Assembly (NCBI GenBank): GCA_965228475.1
Contig: OZ245817.1
Span: forward strand, 2,240,001-2,304,000
Length of the DNA: 64,000 nucleotides
Reading direction: 5' to 3'
From: Myxococcota bacterium
GTDB lineage: Bacteria > Myxococcota_A > UBA9160 > JAFDDA01
The notes beneath the pieces are model-generated. The model saw only the letters and a program-made list of their open reading frames with translations. It searched no databases and was not told where the DNA came from. The position numbers were made by a program, and so were the translations under genes. Shown here piece by piece: positions 8,997 to 19,758 of the stretch (the first letter of the stretch is position 1; the number at the start of each line of letters is the position of its first letter).

Positions 8997-9671
8997 TCAG
9001 CGCTCGAGCAGGTCGAGCGTGCGCAGGATCGGCTCCATGAACTGTTCGCCGGCGAGGATCTCGCCGATGGCCACGGTGATGAACTGGATCCCGACGCAGA
9101 CCAGCAGGAAGCCCATGATGCGGGTCAGGGCGTCCATGCCGACGACGCCGAGGAAGCCCACCACGCGGTGCGCCTCGCGCAGAACGAGGTACGAAACCGC
9201 GCCGACGGCGGCGATCCCCACCGCGATGCCGAGGTGCTGCAGCACGCCCTCGGCACCGGCGGCCATGCCGATCGTCACCGCGATCGAGCCGGGGCCGGAG
9301 AGCATCGGCATGGCGAGGGGCGTGAAAGCGATGCCCACCCCCGGGCCATCGTGCTCGGGCTCTTCGTCCTCCTCGCTGCTGGTCTTCGCGGCCAGCATGC
9401 CGAAGCCGATGCGCGCCACGATCAGGCCGCCCGCGATGCGAACCGCCGGCAGCGAGATCCCGAAGAAGGCCATGATCAGGGCACCCGCCACCAGGAAGAC
9501 CCACAGAACGCACGACATGTAGAGCCCGGCCTGCCAGGCCGTCTCCCGCCGCCGCGGGATCGTGTAGCGCTGCGTCAGCGCCAGGAACACGACCGCCGTG
9601 CTGAACGGGTTCGCGATCGGAAGCAGCCCGACGAACGTGCCGAGGATGGTGGTGACGAAGTCGGAGAACAT
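8997..9671 (-). CDS. marC: MarC family integral membrane protein
   Basis: IANPF, FFGIS...RIAGG, TPLAMPMLSGPGSI and TRIMG. Start trimmed to ATG 9671 because the longer track ORF runs through the tRNA. Confidence 0.9.
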   Translation of the reverse strand: MFSDFVTTILGTFVGLLPIANPFSTAVVFLALTQRYTIPRRRETAWQAGLYMSCVLWVFLVAGALIMAFFGISLPAVRIAGGLIVARIGFGMLAAKTSSEEDEEPEHDGPGVGIAFTPLAMPMLSGPGSIAVTIGMAAGAEGVLQHLGIAVGIAAVGAVSYLVLREAHRVVGFLGVVGMDALTRIMGFLLVCVGIQFITVAIGEILAGEQFMEPILRTLDLLER

Positions 9672-9745
9672 GGCGCCGGAAGTCTGGTGCCCAGCGGAGG
9701 TGCTGGCAACCCGGGAAGGCTGCGGGAGGTTCGCGGGAAAGGGGG

Positions 9746-9821
9746 TGGAGCGCGAGACCGGGTTCGAACCGGCGACCCTCAGCTTGGGAAGCTGATGCTC
9801 TACCAACTGAGCTACTCGCGC
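9746..9821 (-). tRNA. tRNA-Gly (anticodon CCC)
   Basis: GCGCGAGTAGCTCAGTTGGTAGAGCATCAGCTTCCCAAGCTGAGGGTCGCCGGTTCGAACCCGGTCTCGCGCTCCA: 76 nt, cloverleaf, GGTTCGAA T-loop, encoded CCA. Confidence 0.97.
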
Positions 9822-9839
9822 GTGGTGCGCAGGGTAGCA

Positions 9840-10997
9840 CTAGAGGTAACTGAGCCACCAGTCGCTGCGGCGCTGTTTGACGGCGGCGAACCAGCGGCAG
9901 AGCGGGTAGAGGGCGGCGACGACGCCGAGCCAGACGGCGTAGACGACGGGGAGGGCGTAGCCAAACGCTGCGGGCTTGTTCATGGGGTGGAAGCCGCCGA
10001 GGAGGGTGTCGAGCGGCCCACCGGTGGCGGCGGTGAGCGCGATCGTCGCCAGGTGGATCCACAGGATGTGGAGCACGTAGTAGAAGAGGGGCACCCGGCC
10101 GATGGTGACGAGCCAGCGCGAGGCGGCGCCGACGCCGCGGTCCCAGAGGCCGAGCAGCGCGATCGAGGGCCCGAGGGTCATCAGCAGGAAGAGCAGGGAG
10201 GGCGGGTACTTCTCGGTGTTCCCGAAGGACAGGAGCGTCGCGAAGGCGTCGGGCTGGGGCTGCCAGGGGCCGGGGTCGCCGTAGCCGTTCCAAGCGCGGA
10301 GTGCGACGAAGAGGGCGACGAGGGCCGCGCCGAAGGCGAGCAGGCGCGCGCGGCGCGGATCGGGCGCCCCGTCGTAGAAGGTCCCGAAGGCATAGCCCGC
10401 AGCCATCACGCCGACCCAGGGCACCACGGCGTAGGCGACGAAGGGCGTCACGGCGGCGTCCATCGGTGCGAGGGGGCCGAAGCCGTGGAAGATCGTCCAG
10501 GCAAAGGCCAGGTCGCCGAAGCGCTCGGGGCCGATGCCGTCGAGCAGATTGTGGCCCGCGATCATGATGACCCCGAAGGCGCCGACCGCCGCGACGGGCA
10601 GCCGCGAGAGCGCGGCGAGCACCACCATCGACCAGCCGATCGCCCAGATGACCTGCATGGGGAGGAAGCCCGGAAGGAAGTCGAAGGTCCAGACGAAGCG
10701 GACCACCGTCCATTCGAGGAAGACGAGCCAGAGGCCGCGCGTCCAGAGGAAGCGCGAGAGGTCCGCGGGGCGCTTGCGCCCGTAGAGGTAGGCCGCGGTG
10801 CCGGCCAGGAAGACGAAGACGGGTGCACAGAAGTGTGTCACCCAGCGTGTGAGGAAGAGCGCCGGGTTCGCCACGTCGCGCGGGTCCATGGCGCTCGCGC
10901 CGACGAAGCCCCGCGTGTGATCGAGGGCCATCACGACCATCACGAGGCCGCGCAGGGCATCGAGCGAGTCGAGGCGGGGGCGGGCGGTCTCGGCCAT
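9840..10997 (-). CDS. DUF1624 / heparan-alpha-glucosaminide N-acetyltransferase-like membrane protein
   Basis: RLDSLDALRGLVMVVMALDH, RWVTHFCAPVF, KYPPSL, GRVPLFYY. Polytopic membrane protein. Confidence 0.85.
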   Translation of the reverse strand: MAETARPRLDSLDALRGLVMVVMALDHTRGFVGASAMDPRDVANPALFLTRWVTHFCAPVFVFLAGTAAYLYGRKRPADLSRFLWTRGLWLVFLEWTVVRFVWTFDFLPGFLPMQVIWAIGWSMVVLAALSRLPVAAVGAFGVIMIAGHNLLDGIGPERFGDLAFAWTIFHGFGPLAPMDAAVTPFVAYAVVPWVGVMAAGYAFGTFYDGAPDPRRARLLAFGAALVALFVALRAWNGYGDPGPWQPQPDAFATLLSFGNTEKYPPSLLFLLMTLGPSIALLGLWDRGVGAASRWLVTIGRVPLFYYVLHILWIHLATIALTAATGGPLDTLLGGFHPMNKPAAFGYALPVVYAVWLGVVAALYPLCRWFAAVKQRRSDWWLSYL

Positions 10998-11048
10998 GGG
11001 CCGAGTGTTCCAAGCCCGGCGGCGCCGAGCCAGCCGGGGCCGGACGGA

Positions 11049-13856
11049 CTAGGAGTCCTGGTCCTTCTCGCTTCGCAGGAAGTGCGTGAGGTCGTCGGCC
11101 GGCATGGCTTCGCCAATCAGGTGGCCCTGGACGGCGTCGCAGGCGGCCTCGCGCAGGAACTCGAGCTGCTCCCAGGTCTCGACGCCTTCGGCCACGACCT
11201 GCAGGCCCAGGCCATGGGCCATGTCGATGATGCCGCGCGTGAGGGCCTGGGTCGTCTTGTCGGTCATGAGGTCGGTGCCGAAGCTCCGGTCGAGCTTCAC
11301 GCAGTCGAAGGGGAACTCGCGCAGGTAGCTGAGCGAGGAGTAGCCCGTGCCGAAGTCGTCGAGGGTGAAGCCGACGCCGAGTTCGCGCAGGCGCGCGAGG
11401 TTCTTGCGCGTGGTCTCGTCGTCGCCGAGCAGGGAGCTCTCGACGATGTCGAGCTCGAGCAGGCCTGCGCTCATGCCCGTCGCGGTCATGGTGTCTTCGA
11501 GGAAGCGGGCGAGCCCCGGGTCGTGGAGCTGGTGGCCCGAGATGTTCACGGCGAGCCGGATGGGAGCGAGCCCGGCCTCACGCCACGCGCGCGCCTGGTT
11601 GCAGGCGGTCCGCACGACCCACTCCCCGATCGGGACGATGAGCTGGGAGTCCTCGGCCACGCGCAGGAACTCCTGGGGGGAGATGCGGCCGAGGGTCGGG
11701 TGGCTCCAGCGCAGGAGCGCCTCGACGCCGACGACGTCGCCGTTGCGCGCGTGCCGCAGCAGTTGGTAGTGGAGCTCGAGTTCTTCGTGCGCGAGCGCGT
11801 GCAGGAGGCCCTGCTCGATGGCGTGGCGGCGCTCGCTCGCCTCGGTGAGCTCCGGCCGGAAGAAGGCGAAGCGGCTCCGGCCGCGGCCCTTGGCGTCGTA
11901 CATGGCCTGGTCGGCGTGGCGGAAGAGGGCGTCGGCGTCCGGCGCGTCGTCCGGGTAGATGGCGATGCCGATGCTCGCGCCGGTCTGGACCTCGTGGCCG
12001 TCGATCACCATCGAGCTTCCGAGGGAGTCGAGGATGCGCTCGGCCACGGTGGCGGCGTCGTGGGGGTCGTTGATCTCGGCCAGGAGGATCGTGAACTCGT
12101 CGCCGCCGAGTCGGGAGACGGTCGAGGCGCATTCTTCTTCGTCGGGCTGGACGATCTGGTCGCTGAAGCGCACGCAGTCCCTGAGGCGCTCCGCGACCGT
12201 CCTCAGCAGGGCGTCGCCGAGGGCGTGGCCCAGGCGGTCGTTCACCTGCTTGAAGCGGTCGAGGTCGAGGAAGAGGAGGGCGGCGCGGCGCTTGCTCCGG
12301 CGGGCGTTGCCGAGGGCGTTTTCGAGCAGGGTGCGGAAGCGCTGGCGGTTCGGGAGCCCGGTCAGCGCATCGTAGAAGGCGAGCTTGCGGATCTGCTCTT
12401 CGGTGCGCTTGCGCTGGGTGACGTCGACGGCGAGCCCGAGCATGGCGCGGTCGCCCGAGCTCGGGTCCGTGAACGGGATCTTGTTCACTTCGAAGGTGTG
12501 CTCGACGCCGTCGAGGTCGAGCCACGGCACCTCGGCGTGGCGGATGGGCTCGCCCGTGCGGATCACCTCGAGGTCTTCCTCGTGCATCCGCTCGATCTGG
12601 CTGTCGCGCCGCTCGCGCACGCCCCGGGCAAGCCGCTTTCCGGCGTCCCGGGACATCATCATCTTCGAACGCTCGGCCATGGTCTTGTTCGCGAGCAGGA
12701 GCTGGCCCTTCTCGTCCCGGGCGAAGACGATGTGGGGCACGAGGTCGATCGCCTTGCGCAGCAGGACCTCGCTGTCGCGCAGGGCGGAACGCGCCTGCTG
12801 GGAATCGGTCACGTCCCGGAGCACGAGGACCCGGCTGCTCGGCGCGCCCTGGAAGGTCTTCAGCGCGGTGATGCGCATGTCGAAGGTCCGCCAGCCTCCG
12901 TCGGCCTGGTGGATCGAGACCTCGCCGGAGACCTCCTGGCCCTCGTTCTCCTCGTTGCCGAGGGCGTGGAGGAGGTCCGGGTGGGCGGCCAGCACCTCTT
13001 CGGCCGGGATCGGCTCGAGGACGTCGTCGATGCCGAGCACCTGGCGGGCGGCGAGGTTCGCGTAGATCAGCCGCGCGCGGGCGTCGATCACGAGCGCGCC
13101 GTCGCTCATCTCGTCGAGGATCTGGGCGCGCCCGACGTGGATCACGTTCAGGATGCCGTGGCCCCGCCACACGGTGAGCGAGAGGCAGACGGCGCTGATC
13201 GAGAAGGCGTAGGGCGTCAGGTCGAGGCTGTGGGCCGCGCTCTGGTTGAAGACGTAGTAGGCGTTGGTCAGCCACGGCGCGAAGAGCGAGAGCGTGACGA
13301 GGACGGCCTCCTCCCTTCGCCGGGGCCACTCGCGCCAGTAGCGCGCGGTCAGGAAGACGAAGGACGTCGCGAGCAGGGCGTACGCGTAGGCCACCCAGGC
13401 CCAGAACGCCGGGCCGTGGGCCAGCGCGAGGTCGGGGTAGGGGGCGGCGAGATCGAGGGAGACGCTCGTCCAGACGAGGTGATGGAGCTCGTTCGTCCCC
13501 ACCATGCCGACCATGGCGCCGGCCGGGAGCGCGAGGGCGAAGACACTCCGGTGCGTCACCCAGGCGTCGCGTCCGGTCGCATGCAGCGCCACCACGAGCG
13601 CGGCGATCGGAACGATCGTGATGGGCAGCCAGGAGAGCTTGGCGAGGAAGACCTTCTCCGTGAAGTCGATCGAGGCGTGCTCGAAGCCGGAACACGTGAC
13701 CCAGGCCGCGACGGCGACCAGGAGCAGGACGAGCGAACCACCGCCTTCGGTCGCACGACTCCGCCAGATGTACGCGGCCAGGGCACAAAGCCCTGCGGCC
13801 GTGAACACGGCGAGCTGCAGCCAGATCGGCCACACGGTGTCGGCACCGAATCCCAC
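11049..13856 (-). CDS. 7TM (HisKA_7TM-like)-PAS-PAS-GGDEF-EAL c-di-GMP enzyme
   Basis: 7TM region with TNELHHLVW and DLTPYAF. Two PAS domains. DALTGLPNR, GGDEF, EALLRW, DDFGTG, AEGVE. Start is uncertain (GTG 13856 chosen). Confidence 0.9.
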   Translation of the reverse strand: MGFGADTVWPIWLQLAVFTAAGLCALAAYIWRSRATEGGGSLVLLLVAVAAWVTCSGFEHASIDFTEKVFLAKLSWLPITIVPIAALVVALHATGRDAWVTHRSVFALALPAGAMVGMVGTNELHHLVWTSVSLDLAAPYPDLALAHGPAFWAWVAYAYALLATSFVFLTARYWREWPRRREEAVLVTLSLFAPWLTNAYYVFNQSAAHSLDLTPYAFSISAVCLSLTVWRGHGILNVIHVGRAQILDEMSDGALVIDARARLIYANLAARQVLGIDDVLEPIPAEEVLAAHPDLLHALGNEENEGQEVSGEVSIHQADGGWRTFDMRITALKTFQGAPSSRVLVLRDVTDSQQARSALRDSEVLLRKAIDLVPHIVFARDEKGQLLLANKTMAERSKMMMSRDAGKRLARGVRERRDSQIERMHEEDLEVIRTGEPIRHAEVPWLDLDGVEHTFEVNKIPFTDPSSGDRAMLGLAVDVTQRKRTEEQIRKLAFYDALTGLPNRQRFRTLLENALGNARRSKRRAALLFLDLDRFKQVNDRLGHALGDALLRTVAERLRDCVRFSDQIVQPDEEECASTVSRLGGDEFTILLAEINDPHDAATVAERILDSLGSSMVIDGHEVQTGASIGIAIYPDDAPDADALFRHADQAMYDAKGRGRSRFAFFRPELTEASERRHAIEQGLLHALAHEELELHYQLLRHARNGDVVGVEALLRWSHPTLGRISPQEFLRVAEDSQLIVPIGEWVVRTACNQARAWREAGLAPIRLAVNISGHQLHDPGLARFLEDTMTATGMSAGLLELDIVESSLLGDDETTRKNLARLRELGVGFTLDDFGTGYSSLSYLREFPFDCVKLDRSFGTDLMTDKTTQALTRGIIDMAHGLGLQVVAEGVETWEQLEFLREAACDAVQGHLIGEAMPADDLTHFLRSEKDQDS

Positions 13857-13912
13857 TTCGACTTTCGCTCCTGCAGTGCGTCGATACAGACCGCACGGAA
13901 GTCCTTCGTGTG

Positions 13913-13940
13913 TTTTCGGCCACAACGAAATTGTGATTGA
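13913..13940 (-). promoter_or_regulatory. Sigma28/FliA-like promoter TCAA-N16-GCCGAAAA
   Basis: Resembles the TAAA-N15/16-GCCGATAA consensus. Lies upstream of the GGDEF-EAL gene. The same spacing recurs at five other sites. Confidence 0.6.
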
Positions 13941-14011
13941 GGTCATTTGCGACGGAGTTGGACGGGATCGGCAGGCGGCGTGCAGGGCGCGCGCACCCGA
14001 GCGGCGGAACG

Positions 14012-15124
14012 CTACAAGATGCCGAGGTCCTGCACGTGGCGAAGCATGGCGCGCGCCACGGCCGAGCGGCCGAAGGGGGCGAGGTGTCCGCCGCTGTACC
14101 AATGCAGCGTCGGGCGGCCCCAGTGTTCCCAGAGAGCGTGCGGGTGCTCGGCCGGGACGATCCGGTCGCCGCGACCGGCGACGATCATCACGCGCTCGCG
14201 TTCGGTCCGGAGCGGGTGCGCGAGCGGCGAGTGGAGGCGGTAGTTCCGGCGCAGCTCGTCGTAGTCGAAACTCGGCCGGCCGCGCCGCAGGCTGCGGCCC
14301 TGGAAGCGCCAGGCGAGGTCGCCGATGCAGACGGGCGGGACGAGGGCGATGGCGAAGTCGAGGTCGTCGTAGAGGCCCGCGGAGAGCGCCGTCAGGTAGC
14401 CGCCGAGGGAGAGCCCGAGCACGCCGACGGGGTCGCCCGTGGTCTCGCGGAGCCAGAGCACCGTGCTGCGGATCTCGTGCACCGCGCGGCGGACGCCGTG
14501 GGCGAAATCGATGGCGTTCGGGACCGCGAAGCGCTCGCCCGAGAAGCGTGCTTCGGAGGGGGTGCGTGCGCCGTGCTGGGGAAGCGTCATCAGCGCGACG
14601 TCGAGCCCCGCGGCGAAGAAGTTCGAGGCGAACAGCACGGGCGCGTCGATGCGCGGGTACCCCATCGTGAAGCCGTGGAGCGCGAGCACCGTGCCCCGCC
14701 GGCGCTCGGCGGGATGCTGCCAGTGTTCGAGGCGGATCGCGTCTCCGGGCGGAGGCGGCGATTCCCCTTCGCGCGGCACGTAGGCCGTCGAGAGCTCCCG
14801 GCGGGTGACGCCGCCATCGCCGCGCGCGCCCGCGCTCGAAGCGGCCACGGTCTCGGTCGCGAACGAGTCGGACGAGAACTCGAAGAAGCTCGCGGGGTCG
14901 CCGCGCAGGGCCGGCGTGTCGAGCCGGGCCGCGGCGGCGCGCAGGGCGGGAAGCTCGGCCGGGTCCGGCAGCAGCATGGCATCGATCACGACCTGCATGC
15001 CGGCGAGGATCGCGGCGTCGAGGCCTGCGCCGAGCCAGGTGAAGGCGCCGTCGGCGAAGCCCTCCTCGGGGAGGACCGCCCGGGCCAGCTTCGGAATCGG
15101 TTCGCCCGCTTCGGCCGTCACCAT
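14012..15124 (-). CDS. Alpha/beta hydrolase (ABHD18/DUF2048-like)
   Basis: LHGF, LPQHGAR, nucleophile elbow GLSLGG, GDRIVP, GGH. ATG 15124 follows TTGCGG-N17-CATGCT-6 nt. Confidence 0.85.
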   Translation of the reverse strand: MVTAEAGEPIPKLARAVLPEEGFADGAFTWLGAGLDAAILAGMQVVIDAMLLPDPAELPALRAAAARLDTPALRGDPASFFEFSSDSFATETVAASSAGARGDGGVTRRELSTAYVPREGESPPPPGDAIRLEHWQHPAERRRGTVLALHGFTMGYPRIDAPVLFASNFFAAGLDVALMTLPQHGARTPSEARFSGERFAVPNAIDFAHGVRRAVHEIRSTVLWLRETTGDPVGVLGLSLGGYLTALSAGLYDDLDFAIALVPPVCIGDLAWRFQGRSLRRGRPSFDYDELRRNYRLHSPLAHPLRTERERVMIVAGRGDRIVPAEHPHALWEHWGRPTLHWYSGGHLAPFGRSAVARAMLRHVQDLGIL

Positions 15125-15204
15125 GGACGGAGCATGGGGAGGCTCGCCGCCGCCCGCAAGCTTTCGTCTCCGTCGGGCGTGGGCCCACGCGATAGCATGC
15201 AGCG

Positions 15205-16143
15205 ATGCATCGAATCGAAGAGGTGACGGTCGAGGGCGTCCCGGGCCTGGCCCTGCATTCGCCCGAGGGCCTCTCCGCGACCTTCGTGCCCGGTGCCGGC
15301 ATGATCGGGACGTCCCTTCGCTTCGAGGGTGCGGAGCTGCTGGGGCAGGGCGAGGGCCTCGCGGCCTACCGCACGCGCGGGCGCTGGTTCGGGATCCCGC
15401 TGCTCCACCCCTGGGCCAATCGTCTGCGTCGCAACGGCCTGCGATTCGAGAACGTCGACGTGACGTTCCCCGTCGATGCCCCAGGTCTCCGACGTGATGG
15501 CTCGGGGCTCCCGATCCACGGCCTCGTCTCGGGATGTCCGGACTGGCAGGTCTCCGGGCGGGATGCCGACGGCGCCGGCGCCCGCTTCTCGGCCGCGCTC
15601 GATTTCGGAGCCGACCTCCAACGCCTCTCGCTGTTTCCCTTCCCGCACCGGCTCGAGGTGAGCGTTGCGCTGTGCGGCCAGAGCCTGACGATCGAGACCG
15701 TGCTCGAGGCGAGCGGCGCCCTCCCGGTGCCCGTGGCGTTCGGCTGGCATCCCTACTTCCAGCTCCCGGGGATCCCGCGCGAGATCTGGTCCGTGACGCT
15801 CCCGGTCCGGACGCGCGCCGTGCTCGACGACCGCTGCCTGCCGACGGGCCGGGTCGAGCCGCTGCGCATCCCCCCCGGGCCCCTCGGCGGGAGGACCTAC
15901 GACGACCTCTTCCCCGAGCGGGAGCCCGGCCGGCCCTTCGTGCTCGAGGGCGGGGAGCGCCGCATCGAGGTCGAGTTCGGTGCGGGCTACGAGGTCGCGG
16001 TGGTCTACGCACCCGCGAACGCGGACGTCGTCTGCTTCGAGCCGATGACCGCGCCGACGGACCCCTTCGACGGCGATGGCGCGCTGCGCGTGGCCACGCC
16101 GGACGCGCCGTTCCGTGCGGCCTTCGAGATTCGCGTCCGCTAG
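15205..16143 (+). CDS. Aldose 1-epimerase family protein
   Basis: [34 protein letters not shown]. Confidence 0.9.
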   Translation: MHRIEEVTVEGVPGLALHSPEGLSATFVPGAGMIGTSLRFEGAELLGQGEGLAAYRTRGRWFGIPLLHPWANRLRRNGLRFENVDVTFPVDAPGLRRDGSGLPIHGLVSGCPDWQVSGRDADGAGARFSAALDFGADLQRLSLFPFPHRLEVSVALCGQSLTIETVLEASGALPVPVAFGWHPYFQLPGIPREIWSVTLPVRTRAVLDDRCLPTGRVEPLRIPPGPLGGRTYDDLFPEREPGRPFVLEGGERRIEVEFGAGYEVAVVYAPANADVVCFEPMTAPTDPFDGDGALRVATPDAPFRAAFEIRVR

Positions 16144-17765
16144 CGCTGCGCGCGCCGGCGGCGCTCGCGATAGCGGGAGAGGAGGGCCTCCGTCGACGCG
16201 TCGTGCGGCTGGCCGGCCTTGCCTTCGATCTCTTCGGCCAGGGTGTTCGCCAGCGCCTTGCCGAGCTCGACGCCCCACTGGTCGAAGGAGTTCACGCCGA
16301 GCACGGCCCCCTGGACGAACACGCGGTGTTCGTAGAGCGCGATGAGCGCGCCGAGGGTCCGCGGCGTGAGTTCGTCGAGCAGCAGGGTCGTGCTCGGGCG
16401 GTTGCCGGGGAAGGTGCGGTGCGGCGCGAGGGCGGCGTCGGCGCCGGCTTCGCGGGCTTCTTCCTCGGTCCGGCCGAAGGCGAGGGCTTCGCTCTGGGCG
16501 AGGCCGTTCGCCACGAGCAGGTCGTGCTGGTCGAGCAGCGCATGCTCGGGCCGGCAGGTCAGGATGAAGTCGCAGGGCACGAGGCGCGTGCCCTGGTGGA
16601 GGAGCTGGAAGAAGGCGTGCTGGCCGTTCGTGCCGGGCTCGCCCCAGACGACGGGCCCGGAATCCACGCCGAGCGGCTCGCCGGCCAGGTCGACCCGCTT
16701 GCCGTTGCTCTCCATGTCGAGCTGCTGGAGATAGGCCGGGAAGCGCGCGAGGCGCTCGTCGTAGGGCAGGACGGCGTGGCTCGCCGCGCCGAAGAACGCC
16801 GAGTACCAGAGCCCGATCAGGGCGAGCAGCGCCGGGACGTTCTCTTCGAGCTCGGTGGTGCGGAAGTGCTCGTCGACGGCGTGGAAGCCGGCGAGGAGTT
16901 CGCGGAAGCGGTCCGGGCCGATCCCGATCATCAGGGAGAGCCCGACCGCCGAGGCCAGTGAGTAGCGTCCGCCGACCCAGTCCCAGAAGCCGAAGACGCG
17001 CTCCGGAGCGATGCCGAACGCGCCGGCCGCGGCGAGGTTCGTGGAGACGGCGGCGAAGTGCCGGGCGACGGCGGCCTCGTCGCCGAGCCCGTCTACCAGC
17101 CAGCGCCGGGCGGCCCGGGCGTTGGTCAGGGTCTCCTGGGTGGTGAAGGTCTTCGAGCAGACCACGAAGAGGGTCTCGGCCGGGTCGAGGCCCGCGAGCT
17201 TCGCGGTGAGATCGGCCCCGTCGACGTTCGAGACGTAGCGGAGTTCGAGGCCCGGTTCGATGCAGCCCGCGAGGGCCCGGGCGGCCATCGCCGGGCCGAG
17301 GTCCGAGCCGCCGATCCCGACGTTCACGACCGTACGGATGCGCTTCCCGGTATGGCCCGGGGCCTTGCCCGATCGCACCGCCTCGCTGAAGGCCGCCATC
17401 CGGTCGAGCACCTCGTGCACCGGTGCGACGACGTCCTCCCCGTCCACGAGGAGGGTCTGTTCGCGCGGGCGCCGCAGGGCGACGTGGAGCACCGAGCGGT
17501 TCTCCGTCGCGTTGATGCGGTCGCCGCGGAACATGGCGGCGATCCGCTCGGGCACGCCCCGGGCGCGCGCTAGGGCGAACAGACGCTTCAGGGTCTCGTC
17601 GTCGATGCGGTGTTTCGAGTAGTCGACGTAGAGCCCGCCGACCTCGGCGGCGTAACGCTCGGCGCGGCCGGGATCCGTGGCGAAGAGTTCCCGGAGGTGC
17701 CGCGGTGCCATGGCGCGCTGATGCTCGGCCAGCGCGCGCCACTCCGGAAGCGTTTCGATCGTCAT
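16140..17765 (-). CDS. pgi: Glucose-6-phosphate isomerase
   Basis: [53 protein letters not shown]. Confidence 0.97.
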   Translation of the reverse strand: MTIETLPEWRALAEHQRAMAPRHLRELFATDPGRAERYAAEVGGLYVDYSKHRIDDETLKRLFALARARGVPERIAAMFRGDRINATENRSVLHVALRRPREQTLLVDGEDVVAPVHEVLDRMAAFSEAVRSGKAPGHTGKRIRTVVNVGIGGSDLGPAMAARALAGCIEPGLELRYVSNVDGADLTAKLAGLDPAETLFVVCSKTFTTQETLTNARAARRWLVDGLGDEAAVARHFAAVSTNLAAAGAFGIAPERVFGFWDWVGGRYSLASAVGLSLMIGIGPDRFRELLAGFHAVDEHFRTTELEENVPALLALIGLWYSAFFGAASHAVLPYDERLARFPAYLQQLDMESNGKRVDLAGEPLGVDSGPVVWGEPGTNGQHAFFQLLHQGTRLVPCDFILTCRPEHALLDQHDLLVANGLAQSEALAFGRTEEEAREAGADAALAPHRTFPGNRPSTTLLLDELTPRTLGALIALYEHRVFVQGAVLGVNSFDQWGVELGKALANTLAEEIEGKAGQPHDASTEALLSRYRERRRRAQR

Positions 17766-17778
17766 CGGACGGCAGCGT

Positions 17779-19116
17779 TCACGAACGCCCCTCGGTGACC
17801 TCTCGGAAGTGCCGCCCGGCATAGCGCGCCGCGAGCAGCCAGAGCACGATGATCCCGACCGTGAAGACCGAGAGCCAGCGGACGGTCGAGAAGTCGGCGA
17901 AGACCGTCGTGATGCCGAGGGTCACACCCACCGCCAAGGCCTTGGCGAAGCGCTGCACGAACATGTCGATGAAGGCCTTGGCCTTGTACTTCTCGTCGCG
18001 CGTGGTCGGGACGTAGAGGGCCTCCTTCGCCGATTGGTTGATCGAGTAGGCAAAGGCGTTGTCCGCCGTGTTGAGGAGGCTTCCGAAGAGCAGGATCGGC
18101 ACGGCCATGAACGCGGCGGACCCGCCGAGTGCGGCGATCGGGAGGACCATCAAGGCCACGCCAAGGCCGAACCGGGTCATGATGAAACTCGTGAGAAGGA
18201 GCTGCACGAGGAAGGCGACGCCGTTGCTGATCGCGTACATCGTGGCGAACTGGCGGCCGATCGCTTCGCCCTCGAGGTAGTGCACGATGGTGGCGGTGAA
18301 CTGGAAGTCCATGATCGTCGAGACGATCTCGTAGAGGCCGACGATCGCCACCACCGAGAGCAGGTAGCGCGAGCGGAAGACCAGCCGGGCGCCCTCGAGC
18401 GCCGGGTTCCCCGCCTTCGGCGGCTCTGCTTCGTCTTTGCGGGGTTCGTCCGGGGGCGGATCCCGGTCGACGATGCGGCCGGCGGCGAAGGCCACGAGCA
18501 CGATGACGACGCCGATGCCGACGCACATCCACATCCACTGGGCGGTCTCGAAGCGGTCGATCATTGAGCGCACGAACATCGAGCCGAAGGCCCCGCCCGT
18601 GACGCCGCCCAGGCCGACCAGGCCGTAGAGCCGCTTGGCCTTGTCCGGCGTGACGCTGTCGTTCAGGAAGGCGAAGAACGTCGCGACCATGAGCGTGCTG
18701 AAGGCGTCGCCGAAGAGGTAGAAGCTCCAGACCGTGGCTTCCCCGGCGCCGGTGAGCGCGGAGGCATAGAAGACGTAGGCCGCGAGGAAGAAGGCGCTGA
18801 AGACGAAGGTGAGCTGCTGCCGCCGGAGGTTCTTCGCCAGCGCCGAGAACACGACCACGGCCACGTAGGCCACGAACATGTTCATCACCTTGGCGATCAG
18901 CTCCGCCTGAGGGCCATCCCAGGCCGGCCCGAGCCAGTCGAAGGTGCGGCCTTCGTAGAACCCGATGAAGACCGTCTTCTTGATCGGCTTGAGGATCCAG
19001 AACGTGGTGATGACGAGGAAGAAGTACGAGAACATCAGGAGCGCGAGCGGGAACTCGGCCTTCCGGATGTCCATCACCGCTCGCAGCGGGTTTCCGCTGG
19101 CTTTCTCCTCGGCCAT
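17779..19116 (-). CDS. Npt1/Npt2 (TLC/NTT) family nucleotide transporter-like protein
   Basis: About 12 TM helices. [54 protein letters not shown]. Confidence 0.85.
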   Translation of the reverse strand: MAEEKASGNPLRAVMDIRKAEFPLALLMFSYFFLVITTFWILKPIKKTVFIGFYEGRTFDWLGPAWDGPQAELIAKVMNMFVAYVAVVVFSALAKNLRRQQLTFVFSAFFLAAYVFYASALTGAGEATVWSFYLFGDAFSTLMVATFFAFLNDSVTPDKAKRLYGLVGLGGVTGGAFGSMFVRSMIDRFETAQWMWMCVGIGVVIVLVAFAAGRIVDRDPPPDEPRKDEAEPPKAGNPALEGARLVFRSRYLLSVVAIVGLYEIVSTIMDFQFTATIVHYLEGEAIGRQFATMYAISNGVAFLVQLLLTSFIMTRFGLGVALMVLPIAALGGSAAFMAVPILLFGSLLNTADNAFAYSINQSAKEALYVPTTRDEKYKAKAFIDMFVQRFAKALAVGVTLGITTVFADFSTVRWLSVFTVGIIVLWLLAARYAGRHFREVTEGRS

Positions 19117-19239
19117 CGTGCGCGCCCTCCCGGCCCGGCGGGGCCTGGCGTGGCGAGGAGTCTAACAACCGGGGCCCGGCCAGCGCGCCCCGAATCTTCG
19201 CCGGCGGCGCGCCTGGGAGGGGCAGGGTACGCTCGGGCG

Positions 19240-19752
19240 ATGCGTGCCTACACCCGCTTCATCGCCCGCGACGGAGGCTTGCTCGCCCTGGCGATCGCGC
19301 TCTGGTGGCTTCTCGCCGAGCGCTCGGCGGGCGCTGGCGCGACGGCCGACTTCGCCGGCTTCGTCGCCGGCGCGATGCTCGGGGTCGCGGCGTACCTGCT
19401 CCACGAATGGGGGCACGTGATCGGGGGGCTCGCGAGCGGGAGCGCCATGACCGCGGCCGGCCCGCTCTCTTCGCGATACCTCTTCCGGTACGACGCGGAG
19501 AAGAACTCCCTCGGACAGTTCCTCGTGATGTCCTCGGGCGGCTTCCTCGTGACGGCGGCGATCGTCTGGGCCTACCACGTGTACCTGCCCGATGGCCTGC
19601 TCGCCTCGCGCGTGGCGCGCGGCGCATCGCTGTTCCTCGCGTTCCTCGGCCTGGTGCTCGAGTTCCCGCTGGTGCTGCTCGCGATCTATCGGGGGGCGGC
19701 GCCGGCGGAAGCCGCCGTGTCCATCCGGGCCGGGGGGCCGGCCGAGGCCTAG
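19240..19752 (+). CDS. Small membrane protein with HExxH motif (M50-like metallopeptidase)
   Basis: LLHEWGH within a hydrophobic context, about 4 TM helices. ATG 19240 follows TACGCT-6 nt. Confidence 0.65.
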   Translation: MRAYTRFIARDGGLLALAIALWWLLAERSAGAGATADFAGFVAGAMLGVAAYLLHEWGHVIGGLASGSAMTAAGPLSSRYLFRYDAEKNSLGQFLVMSSGGFLVTAAIVWAYHVYLPDGLLASRVARGASLFLAFLGLVLEFPLVLLAIYRGAAPAEAAVSIRAGGPAEA

Positions 19753-19758
19753 GCCCGC

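Noticed and set aside
9746..9821. tRNA-Gly as an integration site for a genomic island
   Set aside because: I saw no integrase and no duplicated tRNA 3' end, and the flanking genes look native.
9168..13940. Very long track ORFs such as 9168..13940 (+, 1590 aa), 165..1673, 43047..45572 and 61517..63889
   Set aside because: They are antisense or off-frame shadows of well-supported genes in high-GC DNA, with Arg/Ala/Gly-rich translations and no motifs.
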